NCBI GenBank assembly: GCA_051294375.1
Contig: CM119267.1
Span: 11,237,865-11,301,864, forward strand
DNA length: 64,000 nucleotides
Direction of reading: 5' to 3'
DNA from: Paraspadella gotoi
Lineage: Eukaryota; Animalia; Chaetognatha
Program-made: the position numbers and the translations under genes
In this document: positions 12,500 through 24,989 of the stretch, one piece after another
Layout of the letters: each line of letters begins with the position of its first letter
Numbering within the stretch: position 1 is the stretch's first letter
The notes under the pieces: generated by a model
Told to the model about the DNA's origin: nothing
The model's database searches: none
The model's input: the letters and a program-made list of their open reading frames with translations, nothing else

Positions 12500-15400
12500 C
12501 TTATAGTATTTCTCTATTTAAATTCGCTTGGGAAGGAAATAACTCAACACCGCGTTTTTTCAATCGGTTGGCAAAGACATCTTGGATGTCTATCAGGTGC
12601 CAACTCTTCTCTTCCGATTTCTCTTTGACTGCATTTGCGGGCGAGTGAAACGTTGCGTTGGAAAGGACTGACACAATGTCACCAATCCCCACGTTCACAC
12701 TTTCTAACTTTTGCGATTCGTCTCGGACAAAATCTCTTTGACAATTCTTAACTGTAAGTGTCCAATTACTTTGTGTTCTGATTCGGGATGCGATGGAAAG
12801 GTGGAATTGGCAAGCGCATATAGTTGCCATTGTGAAAAAGCCAAAATAAAATTCCATCAATCGAGCTTCGCATTCATCTTCGATCAGCCTCGTAACAAAA
12901 GTTCACTAGTTGGGAAAAACTGTCATATTGGCTCGGTTGACGGGAAAACCACCAAAACGCTTGAAAAAAAAAACTTCAAAGACAAAATACAAGTATATTA
13001 ATATTGTTACATGTCATAATGTTTGCAATTATTGAAGTATTTGTTTAATAGGAACAAGAGCGTCTTCAACCCGTCGTAACTCCAAAGCATTTCAGCTTGC
13101 CTCTTAGAGTCTGAATCACGATGTGCTCCTTCCCGTTCTCATCGAAAATTTGAGACCTTGTGACGACCTCTGAAAGTTTTGATTTTAGACCACAATAATT
13201 TGATTTGCGGAGGTAATTTTTTTTCTTTAATATTTAGTAAACATTAATTCATATGAAATATTGAATATAAAAAAAATTTTTTAAATTACAAAATTGTATA
13301 TGGTTCAAAGATAACAGAAATTTTCATTTATTATTTCATTTAATAATAATTAAAAATTTACGCTGTAATTTAGCTTTTTGTTCATTCCAATAGTATAAAT
13401 ACAAAACCAAACCATTTATAATAAAAGCGGATAAATAACTTTATTGTTATATTTATTATATGCTTTTTACTTTAAACAATAAGAATATTTTTGTTAAATC
13501 GTTACAGAAAATCTTCGTCACCTCGACATCTCGCTCGGGAACTGACCGATTGGCCGTCGGCGTCTGACCGGGTATGGTCGCCGCTTATCGCAACGGCGGT
13601 TTTGGTCGATACGAATCGTGAAGGACAATCAGTCAGAGGCCATCGACCGTCACAAGTACGGCGAGCTCGGGAGCGAATTCGAAAGGAAACTCCAAAGTCC
13701 GACAGAGACATCAGGCGATGTCGAAGGCTTGTTTCTTCGACGGCAAAGAAGTTGAAACTCTGAAGATGGTCAAAGACGATCAAGAAGTGGAAGAGGGGTG
13801 ATGAAGGTCAAAGAGGAGGCATATTGTTTGTCATAAACGATCCGATAGGGGGAATATCTACTCACCTTCAGCTCCAGAGGAAAAAAAGCGGCACCAACCA
13901 CCAAAGCTCTATTTTGATTTCCTTGAAGAAAATACTCTGGACAGATAATATCAAGTAAGTAGTTTAACCTAGTTTTTTAGCTGGCGTAATAGATACAAAT
14001 ATTAAATTTTTGAAATTATTGTTCAACAATGATTATTTCTAATTACCCTTACACAACGGAAAGAAATGGATTACATCACATATTTAATTTTAAAATTTTA
14101 AAAATTTATTTTAAAAATAATAAGAAATTTTTTTTAGCCAGCTTATAATAAGAGCGAGAGATAAGAGTCATATATGATTGTTTTCTATTAATGTTATACC
14201 AAATCACATTTTTTTATATAATATTTAAAAAAAATATATATCCAACTTAAATAGTTTCTCTTTACAGGGGTAATTGGAGGTGATTCAAACTGCGTGAACA
14301 CCGGCCATCGAGGCTGGTTTGTTTGCCAGTTTGGGAACGCTGCTAGGACGGCGATGCCTTTGGTCCGTGTGTATGCTTCACCACGAATGAGTGCCCACTA
14401 CGTCATAGTCGCAAAACAAGAAAAGCGGGGGGAAAACATCAAAGGGAATCAACTTTTAAGGGAGAAATTGACAGGTTTATCCTTATACATTTCACAAGTT
14501 AGAATGGAAAACAAAAATTTCTCCCGATTCTTAGATGGCGAAGACATTTTTATTCCGATGACCGTGGTTCGTGATCTTTCCCACGACCAAAAGTCTTATG
14601 TATCTTTCTTTTAAATCATTTCGCATGGTTTTCCCTTGGCAGATTTAAAAAGGTCTCACCCTGGCGAAAATTTTTCACGCTCGTTGCCGTTACAACTGCT
14701 ATACGCTTTTTGTTTCTGCACAGTGAAAAAAATTGATTGACGATAAAGCTATCCAGTCCGTTAAAAAAATTGTTCTTTTTATCATGACGAATTATGCACC
14801 TATGTGGTTCGAATCAAATCTGCCCCGATCAATTACGATGCTTCCATTTCAGTTTTTTGCTCAACTTCAATTTTTAAAGTTGCTTCCAACGCTTTACGTG
14901 AAATAGTTTTTTCCTTACATAAATTCCTATTTTGTTCATCCAGAGAACCTTCTGTTAGGCTATTGCAAGCTTCTGAAGATAAAACCCATCGAGAATCGCC
15001 GTTTAAAAATTACTGAGATTCGTAAAGGATCGATCAAGGAGATGATACTCCGCGAAATTTTGAACCCCCTTCTCTTAATTTTGGATGCTAAAGGCAATTT
15101 ATTGATATATCAGTTGGGATAAAATTTACTGTTTAATGAACCAATTTTTACGACCAAAGTTTTAAGTATTTCTGATATTAATCAGTTATTAGATGTTTCC
15201 CTTGAAAGTTTCTATTTTATATGTCTATTACCCAGGCTGTAGAAGAATGGTACAAGAAATGACATTCCTGCCTGCCACTCTGTGTTGCGGTATTCGATCG
15301 ACGCGTGGTTATAAGAGCCAGAATTAGGTCCACGATTCTTATTCTTCCCTCTGTTGAATAACCAAAAAATTTTGCATCTTTGTTTGCCAAAACAATATTT
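12500..15400 (+). CDS. Multi-exon LRR-TM-TIR-like protein (Toll-like receptor candidate), frameshifted in the assembly
   Basis: Exons bounded by GT-AG: ~12500-12992, 13052-13212, 13508-13954, 14268-~15400. LRR-like segments LKV[fs]LILDHNN (~13170-13200), NLRHLDIS (~13510) and SLKKILWTDNI (~13919). Cys-rich CKCPITLC...C...CHC in exon 1 and a GNWR.DSNC LRR-CT-like segment at 14268. Hydrophobic FFTLVAVTTAIRFLFL at ~14670-14720, then YDASIS (14834), resembling TIR box 1 (YDAFIS). Outer boundaries are approximate. Confidence 0.55.
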
Positions 15401-15490
15401 AATTTTTTTTCTGAATAATTAAACAAAAACCTTTGCAAATATTATTCTTTTAATTGGTTTAATTAACAACATGAGCAAGAATAACTGACG

Positions 15491-15531
15491 CTGATTGGCT
15501 ATAATAGGTCACGTGACTTGGCTGAACCAAT
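15491..15531. promoter_or_regulatory. CCAAT - GTCACGTGAC (E-box/CLEAR-type) - CCAAT motif cluster
   Basis: ctgattggct...ggtcacgtgac...aaccaat within ~40 bp. Could be an NF-Y/USF-type module or a transposon relic. Confidence 0.3.
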
Positions 15532-15693
15532 TAAAAAGCCAGTATTTGGCGACCGGTGGTACAATTATTTTAAAATCTATTTTGCTATTACTTTCCGAGA
15601 TATTTTTAAATATATAAACATACGAGGTTATTCTTTAATGCCATATGCGTGGATTTTACTTTGTTGATCGATATACTCTTCCATCGCTCCAGC

Positions 15694-15900
15694 CTAATGG
15701 GTATACTTCGAGCATTTGCGGCAGGGAAGCCATGGTGGCCGGCCATCGAGCCCTTTGTCCACATTGCGACCACGTCGCCGCGCCTTAATCTTTGCCGCCG
15801 GTGACTCTCGAAGTCGCGGATCGAGAGGAAAAAAACTCTGATCGGGAGAAATCCCGGAATCAACAGGACTTCGTCCGGAGCGATCGTGGTCCGCGGACAT
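15694..15900 (-). CDS. Small ORF (68 aa) in a GC-rich island, unknown function
   Basis: AAACAAATG start context; MSADHDRSGRSPVDSG...KARRRGR...LPCRKCSKYTH*. Sharp GC contrast with the AT-rich flanks. Confidence 0.35.
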   Translation of the reverse strand: MSADHDRSGRSPVDSGISPDQSFFPLDPRLRESPAAKIKARRRGRNVDKGLDGRPPWLPCRKCSKYTH

Positions 15901-17280
15901 TTGTTTTTCTTTTCTCTTTGGGTGCATTTCTTTCATTTTAAATTTTCAACAATTAATTCTTTTTGGGAAAAAACTTAACTCATATTATTTAAAATTAACT
16001 TTTGGAATACAAAGGCTATGTCCTACCTAAAAACTGATGTCGGAAAAATTTGACAATGAGAGAGAGGAGAGAGATACTTAATTACAATGTTTGGAATTGT
16101 TTTAACATCAATTCGTTTTCTATGTTATCTTTTTGGCTTGTAAAAATCAAGATTTTATGTTAATATTAAATTAGTTAATAGGCTTATGAGGAAAAAAAAT
16201 TTGTGTTTACAAAAAATTATGAATATAAAATTTAAATTAGTGCCACAAAAATTGCTCATTATTAAAATAACTGAAACGTTTCCTTTATTAATTTTAAACA
16301 ACTAACAATTAACAGAAACCAGCAAGTCTCCAACTTGTTGCGCGCTGTGATTTCTCTCACCAACACTTCCTTACTAATATATGACTTATGACAATTGTAC
16401 AATCAATATAAAGTTATCCATTCATGTTAATAAATAAGCTATCTTGCCCTGACTTTTCTGGGACAGGCTTTGTGGTTTAAGCCTTCCAATCAGTGTTCCA
16501 TTCATCTAATTATGAATTTTTATTGTTTTAATTTAAACACTGAATGAAGCCGGAAACATGTTGTTTACAATAAAATAAACGTGTCAAAACTAACGTCAAA
16601 CGGTCTCTAAACACTGCTAAATAAAAACAAAAATATTTTTTTTCTCACTTTAAACATTTAATGATTTAATATTTTAATTTAATTCGTATTTTACCTAAAT
16701 ATCAATTTTTGGAATACAAGCTAGCAAAGTTTTTAACCCCTGTCTTGTTGGGAGGAAAGTGCCTTGCGCCAAATTGTTTTGACGAGGGTCGCTTTATACC
16801 GAGAGTGGAGAGTGGAGCCAAAGCTGAAACAAAAGCTCCGAGCAAAAACAGTTGTCTGTGAAATCTTAAGAGGATCCTAAGCATTCGCCTCCAGTATTCT
16901 TTTTAATCATTTTTAAATCATTTATAATAGAAAATTAATTTTTTTTGTTTCAGTTTAAAAATATTAATTACAAATGATTACAAATGAAATTAAAGAAATA
17001 TGAAAAACATAATTAATGGAAAAAAGAATAAGTCAGAAATTCAAAATCATAGAAGATAGAAAATTAAAGAAAAAAATAAATAGAGGAAGAAGGAGAGAGA
17101 GGTCTGTGACCATATTTTTTTCACAAGTCAAATTTGTTTATTTTATTTCCTTCCTTTTGTTATTATATTTTATTTTATTCATTATTTTCATATTTTTTTA
17201 TTCTTTTAAGATTAAAGAAAGAGAAGAAAAAAGTCTCATCCGCGACTTTAGCTCCGTTAAGTATCTGCGGCTCTCTCTCT

Positions 17281-17353
17281 CCTTTTTTTTGGCGTATCTT
17301 TGCTTTACAGTATCTTGACTCTACTTTTTTCTCATGACCTCTCTCTCTCTCTC
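17281..17353 (+). repeat. Single (or gap-truncated) unit of the 55-bp/(CT)n minisatellite
   Basis: cctttttttt ggcgtatctttgctttacagtatcttgactctacttttttctcatgacc followed by (CT)n and a 25-N gap. The upstream flank differs from the other two arrays. Confidence 0.85.
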
Positions 17354-17601
17354 NNNNNNNNNNNNNNNNNNNNNNNNNATAAGAGAGAGATTCTATCATA
17401 TACTTCATTTAATATTACTATTATTTCTTTTATATTAACTCCAAAGATTTAATATTAAATCAAGCATCAGGTAATGAAGATTTGATCTCTCTCCAAACAA
17501 TTTCACTACTTAGAATAAAAGAATTTAGCTTTTATATAAAATATAATTAACTCCTTATACAAAATAGATTAATTTACATTTTAATTATTATTCTAAAGAC
17601 C

Positions 17602-18128
17602 TGTTGAGAGATGCGTTGCTCATCTTGTTTATTTTACTCATCATGATTCGTTTTCTAGCTTTTTGTCTGTTCAAGCCTATCTGTGTGCTACTTTCTATGC
17701 TCTTTACCTTCACGTTTCACAGAGAGACCAGTCACTGAGAGACTTCAGCCCGTCCCAAAACGGCCTTTTTAGGGGACATGAGACATGGTTTCACTTTCAG
17801 TCACGTCTTGGTCACGCACTTGTAGCAGATCATGCCGTCTTGTTACGTGGACAATGAGACTTGTGGAGTCCCACACTTCGACGCAGGCAGGCAACTTTGC
17901 GGATGGACTTGTGGACAAATGAGGAGGCGGTGACAAAGAGGCTGACAACCCTCGCCGACAAAGGGTCTCGGCGTCAACTCGCGACGGCGACACAAAGGGG
18001 CGTTGGATGCGGCGCGCCACTTCGCGACGAGGGGAGTTGAACGGGCAGTTCTCCCCCAAGTAATGGCGCGAGGGTCATAGGAGGAAGATACGCCTGGCGA
18101 GGCAGGCTGACTACTAGTTTCCTCGACA
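17602..18128 (+). repeat. 5' LTR (527 bp)
   Basis: TG...CA ends; collinear with 20722-21266; internal short repeats (cgtcttgtcac x2, gacttgtg x2). Confidence 0.85.
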
Positions 18129-20721
18129 GTAAAAAGGCCCTTCTTGTGTCTTCGTCTTTTGGGGTCTTTCATTGATGTGGAAAAGGATGTACCAACGACG
18201 ACCGTGGGGATGCGTCGGCAAATTCTCTTTCCCCCCCCCTCCCCCGCGGAAAATTATTTGCAGCGAAGCCGCGGTGAACTATAGCAAATATCCTGCGACG
18301 TCCTGTTTTGGCAGCCTAGGGGTGCTTTTTCTTCGAGACGTCGAGCTCGATGCATCAGATGATCCAGTCACGACTGCGGATGCGTCTTCAGTTCTTGCCG
18401 CAATGTTGACGAAACGGTGGGGCGGCTGATGAAGACAGCTCCTGCCCAAGTGTATTAGACTATTGCTGTTATATATGCCGACGACGATTTTTAATCTTAG
18501 GTTTTTATTCGTTTTTTAAATTGGATAATTTTTTTTATTGATCTGTTTTAATCTGTTTGTTTAGCTAGTATGCGAAACAGTATCTTTCAGAAGATGATTA
18601 TTAATTCGCCCGTTTCTTAATGTTTTAATAAGACAAATGACTTCAGGTTTTTTTTAGGTTGAAACGTTTTTTTTACGCCGTTCATTACATTTTGATAAAA
18701 ATCATTTCCTAGTTTTCTTAATCTGTCAACGTTTGTATTTTTTTTTCTTTTTGTATGAACAATATTAGGGGGGGGCGACGCGACGACATGATTAGTTCCG
18801 CTCGTTGACGTGTTTCAATGTGCAGCTTCTGCGAATGCTGACCACGCCGACGAGGCCGGGATTTTAGTATTTTATCTTTTTGACGAACGACGTAACATAA
18901 CGCATTACGACGAAAACTATGTCCGCTTGTTCCGGCGGTAGAGCCAGAGTGCCGAGTTACTCTACCTGCGTTGACAAGGTCAAGAGAAGGCAATGCCGCG
19001 GTGACTCACAGACTTGATAACCACCTTGGAAAAGGCGTTGTCACGACCTCTCGCCGGAGGACGGAGCGTGACCTTGGCATGACCTTGGTTGCTGCCGAGG
19101 CTACATGCGATGTTCTGCCCGCAGGCGCAAGAAGTTTGGACATCCTCGGGGTCCTCGATCAACCGCTGGAGGGGCGTGATTTCCCGCTGGACCGGGCGGT
19201 GACGAGGCGGTGGGGGCGGCCAGGCGAGTGCCTTGGACAAATAAGGGTAACAGACAAGACGAAACCCATTTGTCTTTGCTTTAAGGTGAGCGTTATATTT
19301 TCCCCCTTCTCCCGTTTGAAGATTCATGTATTGATTTTTATAGTTATGATTTTTATTCGGTTTCACGTCGGTATAAATTGAACCGCAGTTGTTTTAGTCT
19401 CAGCATGTTTTTAAGCGTTGTGGCATTTTCAGTTTTATTCTAGAAGCCAGAGCCGATGTAGATTTTCTCCCTGTGTGTCTCTGAGTCCCTTCATATTTTT
19501 CTTAGTGAAACAACTGTATTTTCCCCGGAGGCGATGCGAGTACCCGCTCCCCTTTTACGCGTTTGATTTTATATTATGATTTTCGTTTTACGTCGGTAAA
19601 CAAGCTAATATTCGAATTTTTATAAGTAGTTATTCGGTTTTGAAGCTAAAACTTTAATAATCATGATGATATATTTATTTAATATAATATATAATAATAT
19701 AATAAGATTGACCACGGTTAAAGACAAACGTTGGATTAATTTTAAGTTTGGCAAGACGTGCGTCCTTTGTTTAGTTAAGCGTTTTATAGTTTTTCTAAGA
19801 TTGATTTTTTGGTATGATTTGAATATTTTATTGAAACGAATTTTATTCCAATGTTATTGTTTTGCTTATGTCAGAATTGATTTTTTAAGCATACTTTCTG
19901 TCGGTTGGACGGTCGCGGCTTGGATTGGGCACTCGTTTTAAAGTTAAAGAATTCGGCTTCTACGTAGTAAAGTTTTATTTAGGCCTGAGCGAACGTATTG
20001 GTGCCGCTCCCTCTCTTACTTAATTGTTTAAGTTGAAATAATTTGATTTTACGTCGTTGATAAAGTGGTTATGATTTAATTTTATATATTTTCGTTTCAC
20101 GTTAGCACATAAGAAGCCTCAGAGTGAGACGTGTCCTACAGTGTTCACTCCGCCTTCCCCTTTTTCTGTCTTTGAAGAGTCCTCTCCCTTTAATTCATTT
20201 CATCGCTTATTACGTTTTATTCGTCGCGGAATTAAGTTCATAACGTTAGCTAGTTTATTTTGTAATTAGTCGGTTTTCAAACGTTTTAAAAATATTTTTG
20301 TCTGATGAATCTTTGGGGCTTAATTTGAAGCCGAGATTTTATTTTTAAAGAACAGCTCAGTAGCGAAATAATTGATACCTCATAGAGAAATGTTTAATTT
20401 TATGTATGGCAGTTTTTATTTCAAATCCCGTATTTTTGTACAAGTGAATGTTTAATGTTTTGTTTTATAAAAAAATTTATGGTTTTATTTGCACTGACGT
20501 TTTTCGTTGAGCGGGCTACTTAAATAAATAGTTTACAAGGTTGGCCACATTTTTCATTTTTTCTCTCATTTTTGTTTATTTTAATAAGTTTCACCTATTT
20601 TCCATTCTCATTTTTCTTTTACTATTTTCATTTTTCCTCATTATTATCTCATATTCATCCTGCCTCCTTAACGGGGCAGTTTTTCCTCCGGCTCCTTTGG
20701 CTGTCACCGGAAAGGTGGGGG

Positions 20722-21266
20722 TGTTGAGAGATGCCGTTGCTCATCTGTTTATTTTTAGCTCATCATGATTCGTTTTCTACTTTTTGTCTGTTCAAGCCTA
20801 CTGTGTGCTACTTTCTATGCTCTTTACCTTCACGTTTCACAAAGAGAGAGACCAGTCACTTTGAAGATAGACTTCAGCCCGTTCCCAAACGGCTTTTTTA
20901 AACGGGGACTGCCCAGACATGTTTTCACTCAGTCACGTCTTGTCACCACTTGTAGCAGATCATGACGTCTTGGTCACTGCTGGACAATAGACTTGTGAGT
21001 CCACACTTCGATCACCACATGGCACTTTCGATGGACTTGTGACGAACTGACGGAGGCGGTGACAAAGAGGCTGACACCCTCGCACGACAAAGGGTCTGCG
21101 GCGTCACTCGGCGACGGCGACACCAAAGGGGCGTTTGGATGCGGCTGCGCGGCCGCACTTCCGGCGACGAGGGGAGTTGAACGGCAGTCTCCCCCAGTAA
21201 TGGCGCGACGGGTCATAGGAAGGAGTATCGCTGGCGAGGCCAGGCTGACTACTTAGTTCCTCGACA
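20722..21266 (+). repeat. 3' LTR (545 bp)
   Basis: Preceded by the PPT, followed by AGAAC. Confidence 0.85.
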
Positions 21267-21924
21267 AGAACGCAGTTAAAGCTTATAGATAGTATAATAA
21301 CAAGTAAATCTTGTAGATTAAAATCTTTATATAATTATTACTAATATTATAATTACATAGTTCAATTATTTTTATTTTTAAACAATATAATGTCTGCAAC
21401 AACAATATCCAAAGATATTCATAAAAATATTTTCGGCAAAAAAATTTTTTTTCAATTTCCACACCAACTAGTTACAAAATTAAATAAATTATAAGTTAAC
21501 CAGCATTTATTACTATAGAATAAATTAATTATATATAAAATGATTTTTAAAATAATAATAATGTTATAAAAATTGCATGTTCTAAACCTTACTCACTACT
21601 GGTAAAGCTTAGGCTTTAAAATAATTTGTCAAAATTGTCTACTAACTCAAAACTATTCACTTCTTTCTAGCGCATATTGCCTATTAGCTATTACAATATT
21701 ATATCCTTCAAAATGTAACATCAACTTGCATAGCGTTTCAGCTTACAATACGCGGGTGCCTAAAATTAAAAATAGATCATTAAAGTTGGCGGCATTTTTA
21801 ATAAACAGCCCTTACTAGTGACATATCTTTATGATATGATTCGCATTTTAAATGACATGTCATGCGATTCTTTTAGAAGTCATTTAAACTTTAAAGTTAT
21901 AAAATCGTTTCCAGTTAACGCTGC

Positions 21925-22440
21925 ACCTGTTCTCAGGGAAAAGGGGTTGTCGCCGCCGGCGCTTCCGCCGCGCTTTCGCACGGCATTCTCACGATTGGCG
22001 AGGCAGAGGTTGACCAAAAAACTCCGACAGACGGAAGTGAGTCGTCGTCAATCTCATCTTCGCGCTGATCCTCCCGATCGCAGCTGCTGCTGCTTTGGAT
22101 CCAAAAGAACGATGCAATTTTTTTCATTGACCCACCGCTCGTCGGCCGCTGTCACCGGACGCTGGGCTTCTGCTGCTCGTGATTCTTGGACTGTATAAGT
22201 CGATCTTGCTGCCGCTGTTGGCTTTCCCTTTGAGAGCTGGGACCGAATCATCGTAGTCGGCGAAGCTGGGGGCGGATCTTGTCGGCCGTTCGGTTGACGT
22301 CGCGTAGCCAAGGCATAGTATAGGAGGAAGTTGCGAGCAAGGTGAAGAAACTCGTGAGAACGACGAATTGGGTGGAGCGCCAGGCTCCGGCCTTGTGAAG
22401 GATTGAAGGGAGTGAGAATTTTTGTGGAGACGCTTTCATT
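21925..22440 (-). CDS. Probable first coding exon of a type II membrane / signal-anchored protein (frameshifted)
   Basis: MKASPQKFSLPSILHKAGAWRSTQFVVLTSFFTLLATSSY... (basic N-terminus plus hydrophobic anchor). GC-rich Ser/Ala stem-like continuation and a possible donor GAACAG|GTGCAG near 21925. Confidence 0.4.
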
Positions 22441-24648
22441 TGAGATTTAGAGTCAATGTTGTGCGTCAAAGACGAACAAAACTTTCTTTGTTTTTATTTT
22501 TTCTGAATTTGAGGAGTGATAATTTTAATGAGGATTGAGAACTGAGAACTGAGAACTGAGAGGAAGACGAAAAGGTTTTTAGTTTCTTCTTTCCTTTTTC
22601 TTGTTTTCTTGTTTTTGCCAAAATCAAATGCAGAATTAGACCGATCGTTGTTGTCGTCGTTGTAATTCAAAAGATTCCATTCCATCTATACCCCGTTCTC
22701 GTGAAAAAAGGAGTCATAGCATTTCTTGGCAGGGATCGAATTTTTATGTTAGCTTAATTTGGCACGAAAAGCGGCTGAACTCCTTTCACAGAATCAGATA
22801 ATCATATCAAATTTTTAACGGTCATATGCCGATGTGAAACAATAAAGGCATACGTCGATGCTCGGAATGTCGTGAGTTTTTATTTTTTTCGATTTTCGCA
22901 GCGTCGATGCATCCATCGAATTTAAGCAAGAATGACGTCGTAGATAGACTGAACGATGCGATGCGTGTATGCGGAATTTTTTAATAGAGCCGCGTTTAAA
23001 GCGTCGAAAGTTAGTTCAAACATCGTGGCATCGGAAATTTTTATTTAGAATAAGATTTGTTTATTTACTCTTTGTTTAGAATTCAATATCGCAAGAGACA
23101 GTTTAAAACGGTTTTGGTTCAACTAATTTCGATCAATGAAAATTAGTTTAAATTCAGATTCGTGGGAAAATTGGTTCGATCGATGAAAGTCACAGGATTG
23201 AAACCTGGCGTCGAATCCTGCTCTGCATCAACCGTAGAGAGACGATTCCAAAGCACAGTGAATTCGTATGGATTATGAAAACCCGCGAATGGTCAAAATG
23301 ACTTCCAACGAAAAATAAAATGCTTCCATCGATCGAGACGTACCATTTTCGCCTTTGTTTTACTGAAAGTTCAACTTTTAGATCCTTAAAATAACACATC
23401 CATTGAAAAACGCTCTCGCACCCCAACGTTTAAACGAGAAAATCGACGCTATGAAGCTCCGGCAAAAGAAAACTAGGTGAAAAGGCGTTAGTTTCAGAAT
23501 TTCCGGGGCCGTCGCGGCGTCTTTCGCGTTCAAAGAAGGTTTTGACGTCGAGTGGCTCCGGCAAGAGAGAATTCAGCTCGTAAATAGGTCGAATTCTTCG
23601 AAAAGGGAGGCGACGTATCATGAGAGAGAGAGTCTAGGAAAAAATAAAGAAATGCATTATTTCGTCGGCAAACGGAAAGGCAAATCTCGAATCGTATAAC
23701 AAAATAGAGAGACGTTCGCCGCGAACACACCGTCCACAAATCAAGTTGAATCAAAATAATCCAAAAATCGTTGCTATGCGGCCGGGCAAGTAAGAAACGC
23801 GAAAATCCGCAAGCCTTCAAATCTCGCAGGCGAAAAAAAAAGATTTTTTTTATTCCCTCGAAGTGTACGGAGTAGCGACAACGTTAGTAAAAATTAGTAC
23901 AGGATCGTTTTAAAAATATTGGAAGCCTTCGGACCTCGCGGAACGTGTAAAAAAAATAATAAAAAAATCGAAAGTCAACTATTTATTTTAAAAAATATTT
24001 TCTGCCGCCTACATTTCGACAAACGTCATATATAAGCGACGAAGAGAAAATTTTTATAGGCGGCACTCTCGTCGATATGCAGGGGAAACCAGGTTTATCC
24101 TCTAACCTAATTTATAATTATCATACGGATTAACGTTACGTCGACGTCGCTTCACTGTGAAGGCGAAGGGTCGAGTTTACATCTACACGCGCAGATGTGA
24201 AGACTTTTACCGGCGGGGAATACCCATTAAATACTTTATTTATCAAGCTTAAATATATCATATAAATATCACACACTCCACCCACTTAAGTAGCGGATAG
24301 CGGCACAGAAACGTGGGGACCGAGACAAAGCCGATGCGCACCATGTCACGATACTGCTACGCTACGAGATAGTTTTTCTGAGAAAATTCTCTTTGGCCTA
24401 TATAAAACACAGGGGTTTGTAATATCTATTGTAATATATTAAGGTAAACAAATACAAAATAATATTTAAAGGGAAACGTTTCCTTCGGAGCCACGGCTAA
24501 AACCACAAGATTTCCGCACAGAATCGGACGAAGTACAATTGTTTACATTTTGACAAAGAAAGAAAGTGGTCATTTTAAAACACTGGGCGAGATTTTTTGG
24601 GTTGCACGCAGAGTATTCTGACAACCGCTTCACGTACATTATCGTTCA

Positions 24649-24989
24649 GCCAAAGCCAAATCAAACCCAAAGCCAAAGGAACAGTGAGATGCCCCATCCC
24701 GATGGGCATCACAGACAACCCGGCTGTTGTCATAGTGAGTCTTTTAAAAAAATAACCGTACGATTGTGGATAAGGCGCTAAGTGGGCTGAAGATGACTAT
24801 CCGTAACTTCTATACCCCTTTAGTAGCCCATTGAACGGGTCCTGGGCTTGGAACAGGCTTGAGGGGTTGCCACGCCCTAAGGCGGCTTACGGCCGTCTCA
24901 CGCTTCCCACAGGGTAGGTACCGGTTGGGATTGAACCCGGTACCTAGTGGTCTAGAGCTGATGGCTTTACTCAATGAGCCCACCGGGTC
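24649..24989 (-). mobile_element. tRNA-derived SINE, copy 2 (inside duplication B)
   Basis: Same element as 8706-9046; the B-box reads GGTTCAATCCC (24937-24927). Confidence 0.7.

Larger units (their letters stand above)
17602..21266 (+). mobile_element. Non-autonomous LTR retroelement (LARD/TRIM-like, possibly BEL/Pao-related)
   Basis: Direct LTRs 17602-18128 and 20722-21266, each TGTTGAG...CTCGACA (imperfect inverted ends). Polypurine tract GGAAAGGTGGGGG (20709-20721) directly before the 3' LTR. Flanking 5-mers AGACC/AGAAC (TSD with 1 mismatch). No recognisable RT or integrase in the ~2.6-kb interior. Confidence 0.85.

Noticed and set aside
17790-17930. CCHC zinc knuckles on the minus strand of the LTR (ICYKC, HKSI)
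   Set aside because: Not preserved in frame between the two LTRs; better explained by short internal LTR repeats.
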